A model generated the notes under the pieces. The model was given only the letters and a program-made list of their open reading frames with translations, had not been told where the DNA came from and did no database searches. 64,000 nucleotides of DNA from an uncultured Gemmatimonadaceae bacterium (GTDB taxonomy: Bacteria > Gemmatimonadota > Gemmatimonadetes > Gemmatimonadales > Gemmatimonadaceae): assembly GCA_963822945.1 (NCBI GenBank), contig CAWGJO010000022.1, positions 8,182 to 72,181 on the forward strand. The letters are read 5' to 3'. Below, piece by piece: positions 38,669-48,918 of the stretch; the first letter of the stretch is position 1; each line of letters opens with the position of its first letter. The translations under genes and the position numbers were made by a program.

Positions 38669-40264
38669 CTAGTTGTGCCCTGCGCTCAGCGCCCGTGCCT
38701 GGGGCATGTCGGCCACCGCCGCCTTTACCGCCCCATCCGTGAGCGCCACCATGCGATAGTAGCCGGCCATCCCGAACCGCACGAAGGCGACTTCCCCCAC
38801 CAACGCGCGCTGCAACCACCGCTCGCTCGCGGAGTCGGTCGGCACGGTCACGCCGGCGTGCACGGCGTACGCGCGAAACTGCGCCAGCGCCGAATCCGGG
38901 AGCCGGCCGGCCGCGGCCAGCGAATCGACGCTGGTGAGCGCGGCCGAGTTGGCGCTCACGTAGCCGTTGGCCCAGGTGAGCACCGTACCCGCCTCGTTGA
39001 GCCTCGCCAGCCACTCGGGGGGCGTGGCCGGCGGCGGCAGCATGACGTCGGGTACGATTCCGCCACCGCCGTACACCACGCGCCCGCCGTCGGTGTGACA
39101 GCTCGGCCGGCCGGCGGTGTCGGACGCCGCGCCCGCCATCTCGAAGTACTCGTGGCGCGACGTACCGCGGTAGCGGCGCTGAATCACACGGCCGCATGGC
39201 GTCTTGAGCCATCCCACGACGAGCACCATCGCCGAGCCGTCGGTGAGGGGAAAGTCGCGCATGATGAGCGACTTGCCGAACGTCGTGCGTCCCACGATCA
39301 GGGCCCGATCGTGGTCCTGCAGCGCGCCGGCCACGAGCTCCGAGGCGCTGGCCGTACCGCGATCGACGAGCAACACCACCGGGTACTTTCGTTCGCTGCG
39401 CCAGAACGAGCGCCCCACGCGCACGGTGTCGGTAACGGACTCCTTGCGTCCGACCGAGGTGTACACGATCTGGCCGCGCGGCAGAAATTCGCCGGCGATG
39501 CGCGCGGCCTGATCCACGCGCCCGCCGCCGTTGCCGCGCAGGTCGAGCACGAGCGCGTGCATCCCCCGGTCCTCCAGCTTCCCGAGCGCCGAGTGCAGGT
39601 CGTCGGCAACCTTGTCGCCCTCGAATGTGGTGACGCGGACGTATCCGGTTGCCGAGTCGAGCATGATCGCCACCGGGACGGCCGATTCCTCATCGACGCG
39701 TTCCCGGCGCACCGTGCGCTGGAGTCGCACGAGGGATCCGTCCAGCCGGCGCCGCAGGAATTCGAGCTGCACGGAACTCTTCGGCGCGCCGGCCAGCGCC
39801 AACGCGAGCTCGTCGGGCGATTCGGCGGCGATCGGGTGGCCGTCGGCCGCCACGAGTTCATCGCCGGGCAGGATGTCGAGCGAGACGGCGCGCGATCCGG
39901 GTGAGACGGCGACCACCAGCGGCGCACCTTCGGTGTACGCGAACGATATCGGCACGGACACGAGTTTCCCGTCGTCCAGGGCCTTCTGCTTGGCGGGGTC
40001 GAGCCGCTCGGCCGGAATCACGAACGAGTGGGGGTCGGCTGCCTGCACCATGCCCTGGATGGCGGCCATCAGGAGCTGGTGGGAGTCGAGCGAATCGGGA
40101 TGGTTCACGCGAATCTGATTGAGGACCTGGCTGAACATCACCAGGTCCTCGGCGATCGAGCGCTGGCGCACGGGGGCCCGGAGCGAATCCGACTGCTGTG
40201 CCTGCGCGCCGGCGGCGACCCCCAGGAGGACCGCCGCCAGCAGGGCCGGGGTTCGGGTACTCAC
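38669..40264 (-). CDS. S41-family C-terminal processing peptidase with PDZ domain
   Basis: Signal peptide MSTRTPALLAAVLLGVAAGAQAQ. PDZ ILPGDELVAADGHPI. LVLDLRGNGGG, DRGTASASE, TFGKS. GTG start overlaps the upstream stop (GTGA). Confidence 0.9.
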   Translation of the reverse strand: MSTRTPALLAAVLLGVAAGAQAQQSDSLRAPVRQRSIAEDLVMFSQVLNQIRVNHPDSLDSHQLLMAAIQGMVQAADPHSFVIPAERLDPAKQKALDDGKLVSVPISFAYTEGAPLVVAVSPGSRAVSLDILPGDELVAADGHPIAAESPDELALALAGAPKSSVQLEFLRRRLDGSLVRLQRTVRRERVDEESAVPVAIMLDSATGYVRVTTFEGDKVADDLHSALGKLEDRGMHALVLDLRGNGGGRVDQAARIAGEFLPRGQIVYTSVGRKESVTDTVRVGRSFWRSERKYPVVLLVDRGTASASELVAGALQDHDRALIVGRTTFGKSLIMRDFPLTDGSAMVLVVGWLKTPCGRVIQRRYRGTSRHEYFEMAGAASDTAGRPSCHTDGGRVVYGGGGIVPDVMLPPPATPPEWLARLNEAGTVLTWANGYVSANSAALTSVDSLAAAGRLPDSALAQFRAYAVHAGVTVPTDSASERWLQRALVGEVAFVRFGMAGYYRMVALTDGAVKAAVADMPQARALSAGHN

Positions 40265-41469
40265 GGACGCTGGTCCGGCATCGGTCCGCCATTGGCGCGG
40301 AGGGCCTTCAGGCGTGCCTGCGCCTCGTCCCGCGCCGAGCCACTCCTCGGCGCACGGGTGAGGAAGGCCGAATATTCGCCGGCGGCATCGGCCGCGTGCC
40401 CGCGCTTGTCCAGGATCTGGGCAAGCGAGAAGTACGGGGCCGCGTACACGCTGTCGTGGGCGATGGCTGCACGGAAGTGCGGCTCGGCGTCGTCTAGCCG
40501 CCCAGCGTTCATGAGGACTACTCCGTCGGCGTACTGCATGGCCGGATCGTCGGGCCGGAGCTGCACGGCGAGGTCCATCTCGCTCAGCGTCGTCGCCGTG
40601 TCGTGCTGCGCCATGGCCAGATACGCCAGATAGACGTGCGCGGGCGAATACGAGAGATCCTCCTGCAGCGCCTGGCCCAGCGCCGCGCGGGCCGAATCCA
40701 ATTTGCCGAGCCGCAAGTACGCGACGGCGATGCGTTCGTCGAGAAGCGCCTTGGAGTCGTAGACGTACACGAGATCCTTGTTGTCGCGCTTCTTCATCTC
40801 GGCGGCCGCCGTGGTGAGTTCGGTCAGCGCGCTGTCGATCTGCCCGGCTTCGTAGAAGACCGTGGCGCGTTCGACGCGCAGCGTCGCCTTGAAGTCCGCG
40901 GCGTCGATGGCCGAAGCGTACAGCTTGAGCGCGTCCGGCAGGCGCCCCTCGGCATGCGCCTGGTACGCCCGGAGTTCCGGGGGCGCGTCGAACATGTACT
41001 GCTGAAGCTCGAACCGGATCTGGCCCGGCGAGTCGCCCGTCTGCCGGCTGAGCTTATCGGAGAGCTGATCGAGGACCGCGTCGAAGATCACGTGCTCGAG
41101 GCGGTCGGAGACGAATGGATTGAGGGTCAGGGCGTGGTAATAGAGGGAGTCGATTTGCTGGACGTCCTTGGAGCGAATCGTTCCCTCGTCCCCCTGCCAG
41201 TACCGCAGCAGGCGCCGCCGGTCCTCGAGCAGCAGGGCCACCCGGCGGGCGTAGAAGGCGTCGGCCATGGCCGGGTTCAGCCGGGTGGCCCAGTAGAATG
41301 CGGCTGCGGCGGTCTCCGGTTGCTTCTCGACCTGCTGCAGACCCCAGAAGTAGTAGGAGTTGGCGTCGTTGGTATCGGCGGTTTCCGGCAGCCGGGGACG
41401 TTCGGGGGCCTTCTGCCCCTCGGCGGGGCGGAAGGCGAGGCCCAGGCACACGATTGCCACGGGCAGCAT
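40261..41469 (-). CDS. secreted TPR-repeat protein
   Basis: In-frame part of ORF 40261..41652 starting MLPVAIVCLGLAFRPAEG. Repeated A-x-x-Y/F-x-x-A TPR-like units. Start uncertain. Confidence 0.75.
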   Translation of the reverse strand: MLPVAIVCLGLAFRPAEGQKAPERPRLPETADTNDANSYYFWGLQQVEKQPETAAAAFYWATRLNPAMADAFYARRVALLLEDRRRLLRYWQGDEGTIRSKDVQQIDSLYYHALTLNPFVSDRLEHVIFDAVLDQLSDKLSRQTGDSPGQIRFELQQYMFDAPPELRAYQAHAEGRLPDALKLYASAIDAADFKATLRVERATVFYEAGQIDSALTELTTAAAEMKKRDNKDLVYVYDSKALLDERIAVAYLRLGKLDSARAALGQALQEDLSYSPAHVYLAYLAMAQHDTATTLSEMDLAVQLRPDDPAMQYADGVVLMNAGRLDDAEPHFRAAIAHDSVYAAPYFSLAQILDKRGHAADAAGEYSAFLTRAPRSGSARDEAQARLKALRANGGPMPDQRP

Positions 41470-41816
41470 GAGGCGGGCTTTCAAGACTCCTCCATGGCGG
41501 ACGCGCCGGGAGAAGGGGAGGGAGGGGCGTCGCCGGCCGGCTCCGCGGGGATGACGGAACGCGAATGGGCGACGGGGCATGAGACGCCCTCGACGAACCT
41601 CGCCAACGTGCAGCTGGAACCGCCGCTCGGCAAGAGGGGATCCGGGCTCCAATTATGAGTAAACTCGCCGGAAATGGCGTCCGGTGCCGCTCGGGATGGA
41701 CGGGGCGGTGCCGCCGGGCCGGAACCAATTGCCGGGGATGCCGTCCGCCCGGCTTCCGGCGCGCGTCCAGGCTGACCATAGTTGACGTTTCCTGCCTTCA
41801 AAGGAGTCTCGTCCCG

Positions 41817-44444
41817 ATGATCGACCGCCGTCGCTTCCTGCAGTGGGCCGCCGCCGCGGCCGTTGTTCCGGGCCGAATGCTCGACCTTCCGGGCGCCGTT
41901 CCGTCCGGCCCCGGCCTGGCGGAGGCCGGCGACGGGTCCGCAGCACCGGCCGGGCGCAGGAAACGCTACTCGCCGGGGCGAATCCCCAACGAGTATTCGC
42001 TCCTGCTTCCCGGTGAGGCCGAAGCACTGGCGCGCGTACCGGCGGTCACGGAATTCCGGTCGGGTACGGTGCTCGCCTCGGCGAGCGGGGGGGCGCCCCG
42101 GTCGCTGCACATCGGCGATGCGCTCGACGGTTGGCGCCTCGTCGCCCTGATCCCGGACCTCGACGGCGCGCCGACGGCGGTGTTCGAGAAGCGCATGTCG
42201 CACCGCGGCGCGATCGTGTACCTCACCGGCCGGGGCGAGGTTGCGCGGATCCCCACCGGGGTCGGCGAGCTGGCGAACATCCGGCCGCGGCCGATCAATG
42301 CGACCCCCGAGTCGCGGTTCCGGCGCCCCGCGTCGTTTCCAAAGCAGCCGGACAAGCCCGGCGACTTCATCCTCGGGTCGGACGAGGATCCGTGCTACGA
42401 GAACGTCGCGGCGCTCGGCGACGAGTTCATCGGGTGGACGCTCGTCGCGAACGAGGAGTCGGGCCCCGAACGCTCGCTCTGGCTCGAGCCCGACGGCACG
42501 TCGCGTCAGTTCGGCAGCGACCCGCGGTCGCTCTGGGCACCCGATCTCACCGGCCGCCAATTCGACCCGCGACGCTTTCTGCCGTCCGAGTACCTGTACG
42601 AATACGTGCCGGGCTACAGCAAGCGGACGTTGCTGGGCGGATTCCTGCCGGCGGCGGATATCGGCGTGTGGAATCCGAAGTTCGCGGTGGGCTACAACGC
42701 GATGGTGCTGCTTCCGCCGGGCGTCGACGCGAAACCAATGGGGCGCGTGAGCGCAATGCTGCCGGACCGCCATGGCGATCTGATCCCGGCGGGCGACACG
42801 AACGCCGAACAGCGGCTCCCCGACTCGGGGTGGGTGGACCGGTACTGGAACACGACCGCCGAGGGCTTCTTCACGGCCCTGTTCAGCCTGTGGCAGCACT
42901 GGCAGCGGTTCTTCGACGACCGCATGCAGGTGGAGATTCCCGATCCCTGGCTGCTCGATGCGGCGCGCGCGGGCATCGTGCTCTCGCGCTGCAGCTATCG
43001 CGGGCTGGAGCCGAGCTACCAGATCGGCGAGGGCGCGTACACCAAGATCCCCGAACGCAGCCACGCGCTCTTTCCCGTGGCGCACTACGAATTCGTCTGG
43101 GCGCAGCAGTTGTGGAATCTCACCGACCAGGTGGAACCGTACTTCGAGCACTATCTGGAGCGATACGTCGAGCCCGACGGCAACTTCACCTATAACACGC
43201 AGGATCAGGTGGAAGGACCGCTCAACGCCGGGGTCTTTCTGGAGAATTCGGCGCGCGCGTACGACTACAGCCGTGATCTCGACGCCCTGACCCGCCGGCT
43301 GCCGGTGCTGCGGCGCATGATCCGCTTCGTGGTCGACCGGTACCGGTATTCGCTGCGCACGTTCCCGGAAGGGGATCCGCGGCACGGTCTCATCTGGGGC
43401 TCGCCCGAGGCGGACCTTGGCGATCCCAAGCATGACACGCCCGCCGATCACCCGTACTACTACCAGAATGCCGCGTGGATCTGGCGCGGGCTGTACGAGC
43501 ACGGTCGCGTGCTGACGGCCGCGGCGCGCGACGCATCGGCGCAGGGCAGGACGCCGCTCGCGCGCGCATTGGAGGCGGAGGGGCACGAGACGGCCGCTCT
43601 GGCGGGGGAGATGCGTGGCAAGATCGAGCGATCGCTGCGGACGGCGCTCGACGCGCGCAACGGGGCGATGAAGAAGGCGGGGATCACGCCCTTCCATCCC
43701 TTCGACACGGCGCGCACGCCCGAAGAGCTGTCGAGTTACGAGAACCACCGGTTCATGATGGACTGGTGGACGGCCGACTGGGGCGACGCGGAACTCGATG
43801 CGGGCCACTTCCGGCATCGCACGCTGGCCGGCGAGCAGCTGTTGGGGATGAACACCGACGGCCACTATCCGCGCACGTCGAACTTCATGGAGCACGGAAC
43901 GCTGGCGGGCCGCATCCGCCAGGACGACTATCGCCCGTTCCTGCTCGCGCTGTACGGCAACCTGTGCTACGCCATGGACTCGGGCAGCCGGTATGCGCCG
44001 GAGGATGCGCTGCTGCCCGGCAACTTCCCGGGCGAGGGAAGCCACTACGCGTGGTCGGCGGTGATCAACAGCGAACTGCAGCCCGCCATGGCGTTGCGCT
44101 GGCTGCTCTGCTGGGAGGAACACGACCGGCCGGGCAACACGCCGACGGTACATCTCCAGAAGGCCGCCCCGAAGCACTGGTTTGCGCGCGGCAAGCGCAT
44201 CGCCGTCTCACGGTGTCCGACGCGGTTCGGCGACGTGGGATGGGTGACCGAATCCGACGGCGGCGGCTGGCGCGTGACGCTCACGCTGCCGCCGCGGTTC
44301 GCGGCCGATCTCGCGGTGCACCTGCACCGCCCGGACGGGCGCCCGCTCACCAGCGCGTCGATGGGCGCGGTGCACGGCACGTCGGTCCTTCTCACCGCGG
44401 CTCAATTGTCCGACAGGCAACGGTTGACCATCAACATCGCGTGA
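41817..44444 (+). CDS. 875-aa Tat-signal protein of unknown function, possibly an (alpha/alpha)6-type glycoside-hydrolase-like enzyme
   Basis: In-frame part of ORF 41655..44444. RBS AAAGGAG and ATG 41817. Twin-arginine signal MIDRRRFLQWAAAAAVVPG. No family motif recognised. Followed by a GH53 galactanase gene. Confidence 0.8.
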   Translation: MIDRRRFLQWAAAAAVVPGRMLDLPGAVPSGPGLAEAGDGSAAPAGRRKRYSPGRIPNEYSLLLPGEAEALARVPAVTEFRSGTVLASASGGAPRSLHIGDALDGWRLVALIPDLDGAPTAVFEKRMSHRGAIVYLTGRGEVARIPTGVGELANIRPRPINATPESRFRRPASFPKQPDKPGDFILGSDEDPCYENVAALGDEFIGWTLVANEESGPERSLWLEPDGTSRQFGSDPRSLWAPDLTGRQFDPRRFLPSEYLYEYVPGYSKRTLLGGFLPAADIGVWNPKFAVGYNAMVLLPPGVDAKPMGRVSAMLPDRHGDLIPAGDTNAEQRLPDSGWVDRYWNTTAEGFFTALFSLWQHWQRFFDDRMQVEIPDPWLLDAARAGIVLSRCSYRGLEPSYQIGEGAYTKIPERSHALFPVAHYEFVWAQQLWNLTDQVEPYFEHYLERYVEPDGNFTYNTQDQVEGPLNAGVFLENSARAYDYSRDLDALTRRLPVLRRMIRFVVDRYRYSLRTFPEGDPRHGLIWGSPEADLGDPKHDTPADHPYYYQNAAWIWRGLYEHGRVLTAAARDASAQGRTPLARALEAEGHETAALAGEMRGKIERSLRTALDARNGAMKKAGITPFHPFDTARTPEELSSYENHRFMMDWWTADWGDAELDAGHFRHRTLAGEQLLGMNTDGHYPRTSNFMEHGTLAGRIRQDDYRPFLLALYGNLCYAMDSGSRYAPEDALLPGNFPGEGSHYAWSAVINSELQPAMALRWLLCWEEHDRPGNTPTVHLQKAAPKHWFARGKRIAVSRCPTRFGDVGWVTESDGGGWRVTLTLPPRFAADLAVHLHRPDGRPLTSASMGAVHGTSVLLTAAQLSDRQRLTINIA

Positions 44445-44565
44445 ATTTCCGCGCTCTCGAGCGGCGGGCACTGGCCTCCGGACCCCTGAGCGGTCACCAT
44501 TGAAACAGTCATCGCCGCCCGGAGCGGGGGCGTGAGGATTGGACCTTTGCAGATCGGAGATCGAG

Positions 44566-45732
44566 ATGCCGCGTGACGACCTGGCACAATCGGAGACGTT
44601 CGCCCATCGCCGGCCGTTCCGGGCTCTGGGAATCGCCGCCGCCGCCCTGCTGCTCGGGGCCGGGCCGGCTGCGCGCCCCGAGGGGACCGCCCGGTAGCCA
44701 CAGCGCACGACGCCGGACAGCACGCAGTTCTATCTGGGCGCCGACATCTCGTATCTCGCCTCGGCGGGTCAGGGTGGACGCGGCCGTCCGTTCCCGAAGT
44801 ATCAGGAAGACGGCAAGCCAAGTGACGAGCTGACGATTCTCGAGCGGCACGGGTGGAACGCCTTCCGGCTGCGCGTCTTCGTATCGCCGGTGCGCAAGGC
44901 GCCGGACAATTCGCTCGCCAACACCATCCCACTCGCCAGGCGGATCAAGGCGTCGGGCGCCCTCCTGCTGCTCGACATCCATTACTCCGACACCTGGGCC
45001 GACCCGCAACACCAGGAGATTCCCGTGGCGTGGCGCGGGTTGGATTTCGACGCGCTGCAGCAGAAGGTCGAGACGTACAGCCGGAATACCATCAAGGCGC
45101 TGAAGGACGCGGGTGCGATGCCCGACTGGGTGCAGGTGGGCAACGAGATCACGCGCGGCACGTTGTGGCCGGTGGGACAGCTCGCCGTGCCCGGTGCCCA
45201 GGAATACCTCCCGCCGCAACCGAGCGACACGACGGAGCAGTGGGATCACCTGACGCGGCTGTTGAAGGCCGGTATCCGCGGCGTGATGGAAGGCGCGGGG
45301 AACACGCCGCCGCGCATCGCGATCCACATCGACCGCGGTGGCGACTGGAAGACCACGAAGTGGTTCTTCGACCATCTCGACGCCGCCCACGTGCCGTACG
45401 ACATCATTGCGGAGAGTTTCTATCCCCCGTGGCGGCACGGGACGCTCGCCGATCTCCGGATGAACATGGACAGCAGCGCGGCGCGCTTCCACAAGGATTT
45501 CCTCGTCGCCGAGACGGGGTACGGCCCCTCGCACTATCCCGACAATCCGGACATGAAGTGGCCCACCACACCCGAGGGCCGGCTTCAATTCATGGTGGAT
45601 CTGGTGCGCCTGGTGAAACAGGCGCCCCGCGGGCTGGGCGTGATGTACTGGGCACCCGAATGGGATCTCTGGAATCCCGATGGCACCCCGGGGCCCGCGG
45701 TGTTCACCCTCGACTCCCTGAACGCACGATGA
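44566..45732 (+). pseudogene. GH53 arabinogalactan endo-beta-1,4-galactanase with Tat-like signal, interrupted by an in-frame TAG at 44695-44697
   Basis: ATG 44566: MPRDDLAQSETFAHRRPFRALGIAAAALLLGAGPAARPEGTAR-TAG-PQRTTPDSTQFYLGADISYLA...GWNAFRLRVFVSP in the same frame, then ORF 44890..45732 (DIHYSDTWADPQHQ, VQVGNEITRG, LVAETGY). No ATG/GTG/TTG between the TAG and 44890. Confidence 0.8.
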
Positions 45733-47000
45733 CCCATACCCTGATCCGCAACGGCACCCTCATCGACGGCACCGGCGCCGCGCCGATTCCGAACGGCGCG
45801 GTGCTGCTCAAGGACGACCGGATCGCCGCGGTGGGACGGCTCGACACCCTGCCGCGTCCCGACGGTACGGTCAACGAGATCGACGCCGGGGGCGGGACGA
45901 TTCTGCCCGGGCTGATCGACGCGCACATTCACGCGACGATGCAGTACGAAGGGATGATGAAGCACGCCACCACGCCCTTCTCGCTCAACTTCTACCTGGC
46001 GGCGCGCTATCTGCGGCGTACACTCGATGCGGGCATCACGAGCGTTCGCGATGCCGGCGGTGCCGATCTCGGGCTCAAGCGTGCTCTCGAGATGGGGCTG
46101 GTCGAGGGGCCGCGCATGCAGATCAGCATCACTCCGCTCTCGATCACCGGTGGGCACCTGGACTTCTGGCTGCCGTCGGGACAGGAGATCGGGCTGTTCA
46201 CGCCGCATCCGGGGCTGCCCAGCGGGATCTGCGACGGCGTGGACGAGGTGCGCCGGAAGGTGCGCGAAGTGCTGCGGGCCGGCGCCGACGTCATCAAGGT
46301 GTGCTCCACGGGCGGCGTGCTGAGCCCCACCGACCATCCCGAATTCACGCAGTTCACGCCGGAGGAACTGGCGGTGATGGTGCAGGAAGGGGCGTATCGG
46401 CGCGGGGTGAAGGTGATGGCGCACGCGCAGGGCGCCGAAGGGATCAAGAATGCGGTGCGGGCGGGCATCCACTCCATCGAGCACGGGATCTACCTGGACG
46501 AGGAGGCGATCGCGCTGATGCTGGAGCGCGGCACGTTCCTGGTGCCGACGCTGCTCGCGCCCCAGGCAGTCATCGAACAGGGGGAAAAGACCGGCACGAT
46601 CTCCGAGTGGGCGCTGCGCAAGTCGAAGGAGGTGCTGCAGGCGCACCGAGACAGCATCCGGCGGGCGCACGCGGCCGGCGTGAAGATCGCCATGGGCACC
46701 GACGCCGGCGTGATGCCGCACGGCACGAACCTGCGCGAGCTCGGGCTCATGTGCGAGCACGCGGGGATGTCCCCCATGGAGGCCATCGTGGCCACCACGC
46801 GCACCGCAGCCGAGTGTCTGGAGTGGCAGGATCGCGTGGGGACGCTGGAGGCGGGCAAGCTGGCCGACGTGACGGTGACGTCGATCGACCCGCTGGCCGA
46901 CATCCACGCCCTGACGCCCGAAACGATCCGATTGGTGATCCAGGCCGGGCGCGTAGTGAAGGGGGAGCCGCTAGCTTTCGCCCGTCCAACGCGGAGTTGA
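45729..47000 (+). CDS. amidohydrolase-family metallohydrolase
   Basis: Tail of ORF 44853..47000 starting MTHTLIRNGTLIDGTG. LPGLIDAHIH, KVMAHAQG, IEHG, GTDAG. ATG overlaps the GH53 stop (ATGA). Confidence 0.9.
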   Translation: MTHTLIRNGTLIDGTGAAPIPNGAVLLKDDRIAAVGRLDTLPRPDGTVNEIDAGGGTILPGLIDAHIHATMQYEGMMKHATTPFSLNFYLAARYLRRTLDAGITSVRDAGGADLGLKRALEMGLVEGPRMQISITPLSITGGHLDFWLPSGQEIGLFTPHPGLPSGICDGVDEVRRKVREVLRAGADVIKVCSTGGVLSPTDHPEFTQFTPEELAVMVQEGAYRRGVKVMAHAQGAEGIKNAVRAGIHSIEHGIYLDEEAIALMLERGTFLVPTLLAPQAVIEQGEKTGTISEWALRKSKEVLQAHRDSIRRAHAAGVKIAMGTDAGVMPHGTNLRELGLMCEHAGMSPMEAIVATTRTAAECLEWQDRVGTLEAGKLADVTVTSIDPLADIHALTPETIRLVIQAGRVVKGEPLAFARPTRS

Positions 47001-47002
47001 CG

Positions 47003-47434
47003 ATGCGTGGTGGTGCGGTTCGATTCGCCGTCGGCGCGGCGGTCCTCGTGTTATGGTGCGCCTTCAGTGTGGTCAAGACGGCGCGCGTGAATCTGTGGGT
47101 GTATCACGAGGCCATGAAGGGCGACCTTCATGATTCCGTCGCGATCAACGAGCAGCGGTTCACGGCGATCCGGAAGGATCTTCCGGCCAATCGTGCCGTT
47201 GGGTACGCCAGCGATCTGTCGCGCGACGCCGTACAGGATCGCTTCCTGACCGCGTTCGTGCAGGCGCAGTCGGCGCTGGCGCCGCATCTGGTGCTCGACA
47301 CCTACGCGCTCTCGCCGATCGTCGGCAATTTTCCGGATGCGCGCCCCGACAGCGCGCAGCTCGCCGCGATGGGACTGCACCTGGTTCGCGACTATGGGCA
47401 CGGTGTGTACCTCCTGACCAGGAGCGCGCGGTGA
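47003..47434 (+). CDS. membrane-anchored hypothetical protein
   Basis: Tail of ORF 46301..47434. MRGGAVRFAVGAAVLVLWCAFSVV then a soluble region. Stop overlaps the next start (GTGA). Confidence 0.55.
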   Translation: MRGGAVRFAVGAAVLVLWCAFSVVKTARVNLWVYHEAMKGDLHDSVAINEQRFTAIRKDLPANRAVGYASDLSRDAVQDRFLTAFVQAQSALAPHLVLDTYALSPIVGNFPDARPDSAQLAAMGLHLVRDYGHGVYLLTRSAR

Positions 47435-48831
47435 TCCTCTCGCTCGCAGCGTGGCTCGCCGTCACCGGGCTCATCGGGTGGGCGGCGGTCGTGTCGATCT
47501 GGCCGGGTCCGGCGCGGTGGAAGTCGGGCGAGGCGGTGTTCCGAGCATCCCTCGCCGTCGGCCTCGGGTTCGGTGTCAGTTCATCGGCGTTGTTTGCGGC
47601 GATGCTGTTGTTCGGTCCCATCCGGATCGTCGCCATCGGCTCCGACCTCGTGACGCTTCTCGCGCTGGTGCTCGCGGCGCGCGCACGGGTGCGTTCGCTG
47701 CCCGCCGATCGGTCCGGACTTCCGGTTGCCCCGCCGCCCGGCCCGCTCGACCGCAAGATCGGCTGGGGGGCGCTCGGCCTCGCGGGCATCGCGGTCCTTG
47801 CCACGCTGGCGATCGCTCTCCGCATGCCGCACGGCGACTGGGATGCCTGGGGCATCTACAATCTGACCGCCCGATTCATCTTCCTCGGCGGCCCATCGTG
47901 GCACCGTGCGTTCACCCCCGGCTTGGGCATCCATCCCGACTACCCGCTGCTCTTGTCGGATTCGGTGGTGCGCGGTTGGCTGTACGCGGGCGGGGCAAGC
48001 ACGGTCGTGCCGGCCATCGTCGGGATTCTGTTCGCGTATGCATTGGTGGGCGTCGTGGCTGGTGGCATCTGGATTCTGCGCGGGCGCCGTCACGCGGCGC
48101 TGGCGGCCGTGACGCTCCTCGGGACGCAGATCTTTCTCACCACCAGCGCCAGACAGTACGCCGATCTGCCGCTGGCGTTCTTCTTCGTGGCGACCATCGT
48201 GCTCTATGCGTTGGCGAAGCGGCTGCACGACGATGAGACATGGCTGCTCGTCGGCGCGGGGGTCTGCGCCGGGCTCGCCGCATGGACCAAGAATGAAGGC
48301 TTGCTGTTCGTCCTCGTGGTCTCGGTGGGGCTGCTGCTACTCCACCACCGGTTTCGCCGTCACCGCACCGACCGGCATGTGATCGCGGCGTATCTGTGGG
48401 GGCTCCTCCCGGTGCTGGCGATGATCGCCGTCTTCAAGTTGGCGCTGGCGCCGCCCAACGATCTGGTGAGCGGGCAGGGCTCCGGCACCCTGCCGCGCCT
48501 GCTCGATGTATCACGCTACTGGCTGATCGTGAAGTCCACGCTGCTCACGCTGCTCCGCTTCCCCGTCGTGCCCGTGGCCGTCTTTCTGGCGCTGGTCGGG
48601 CGGGACCGCGATGCCGCCGACCGGCGCGCCACTCGCCTGACGATGTTCGCGGTCCTCGCCCTCGCCGCGGGCTACTTCGTGGTCTACCTCACGACGCCGC
48701 TCGACCTGGGATTGCAGATGCATCGGTCGCTCGACCGCCTGCTGATGCAACTCTGGCCGCTTATCCTGCTGGCGGTGTTCATGGTCGCCCGGGTGCCGGA
48801 GCAGCCTTCGGAGCCTCGCGCGCAGTCGTGA
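47431..48831 (+). CDS. polytopic membrane protein, GT-C (ArnT/PMT, GT39/83-like) glycosyltransferase candidate
   Basis: ORF 47431..48831. More than 10 hydrophobic helices; AAWTKNEGLLFV motif. Family call is tentative. Confidence 0.6.
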   Translation: MILSLAAWLAVTGLIGWAAVVSIWPGPARWKSGEAVFRASLAVGLGFGVSSSALFAAMLLFGPIRIVAIGSDLVTLLALVLAARARVRSLPADRSGLPVAPPPGPLDRKIGWGALGLAGIAVLATLAIALRMPHGDWDAWGIYNLTARFIFLGGPSWHRAFTPGLGIHPDYPLLLSDSVVRGWLYAGGASTVVPAIVGILFAYALVGVVAGGIWILRGRRHAALAAVTLLGTQIFLTTSARQYADLPLAFFFVATIVLYALAKRLHDDETWLLVGAGVCAGLAAWTKNEGLLFVLVVSVGLLLLHHRFRRHRTDRHVIAAYLWGLLPVLAMIAVFKLALAPPNDLVSGQGSGTLPRLLDVSRYWLIVKSTLLTLLRFPVVPVAVFLALVGRDRDAADRRATRLTMFAVLALAAGYFVVYLTTPLDLGLQMHRSLDRLLMQLWPLILLAVFMVARVPEQPSEPRAQS

Positions 48832-48918
48832 CGCCGGTCAGCCGGCGACGCAGTAATCGGACGCCGGCTCCGTCGCGATCCACCGAGGCCGGCGAGTTGC
48901 TCGGAGCCGCGCGCGCCG

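Noticed and set aside
41481-44177. 898-aa minus-strand ORF
   Set aside because: It is antisense to the Tat-signal 875-aa gene, which has an RBS, a signal peptide and balanced composition. The antisense product is Arg/Pro/His-rich and low in complexity.
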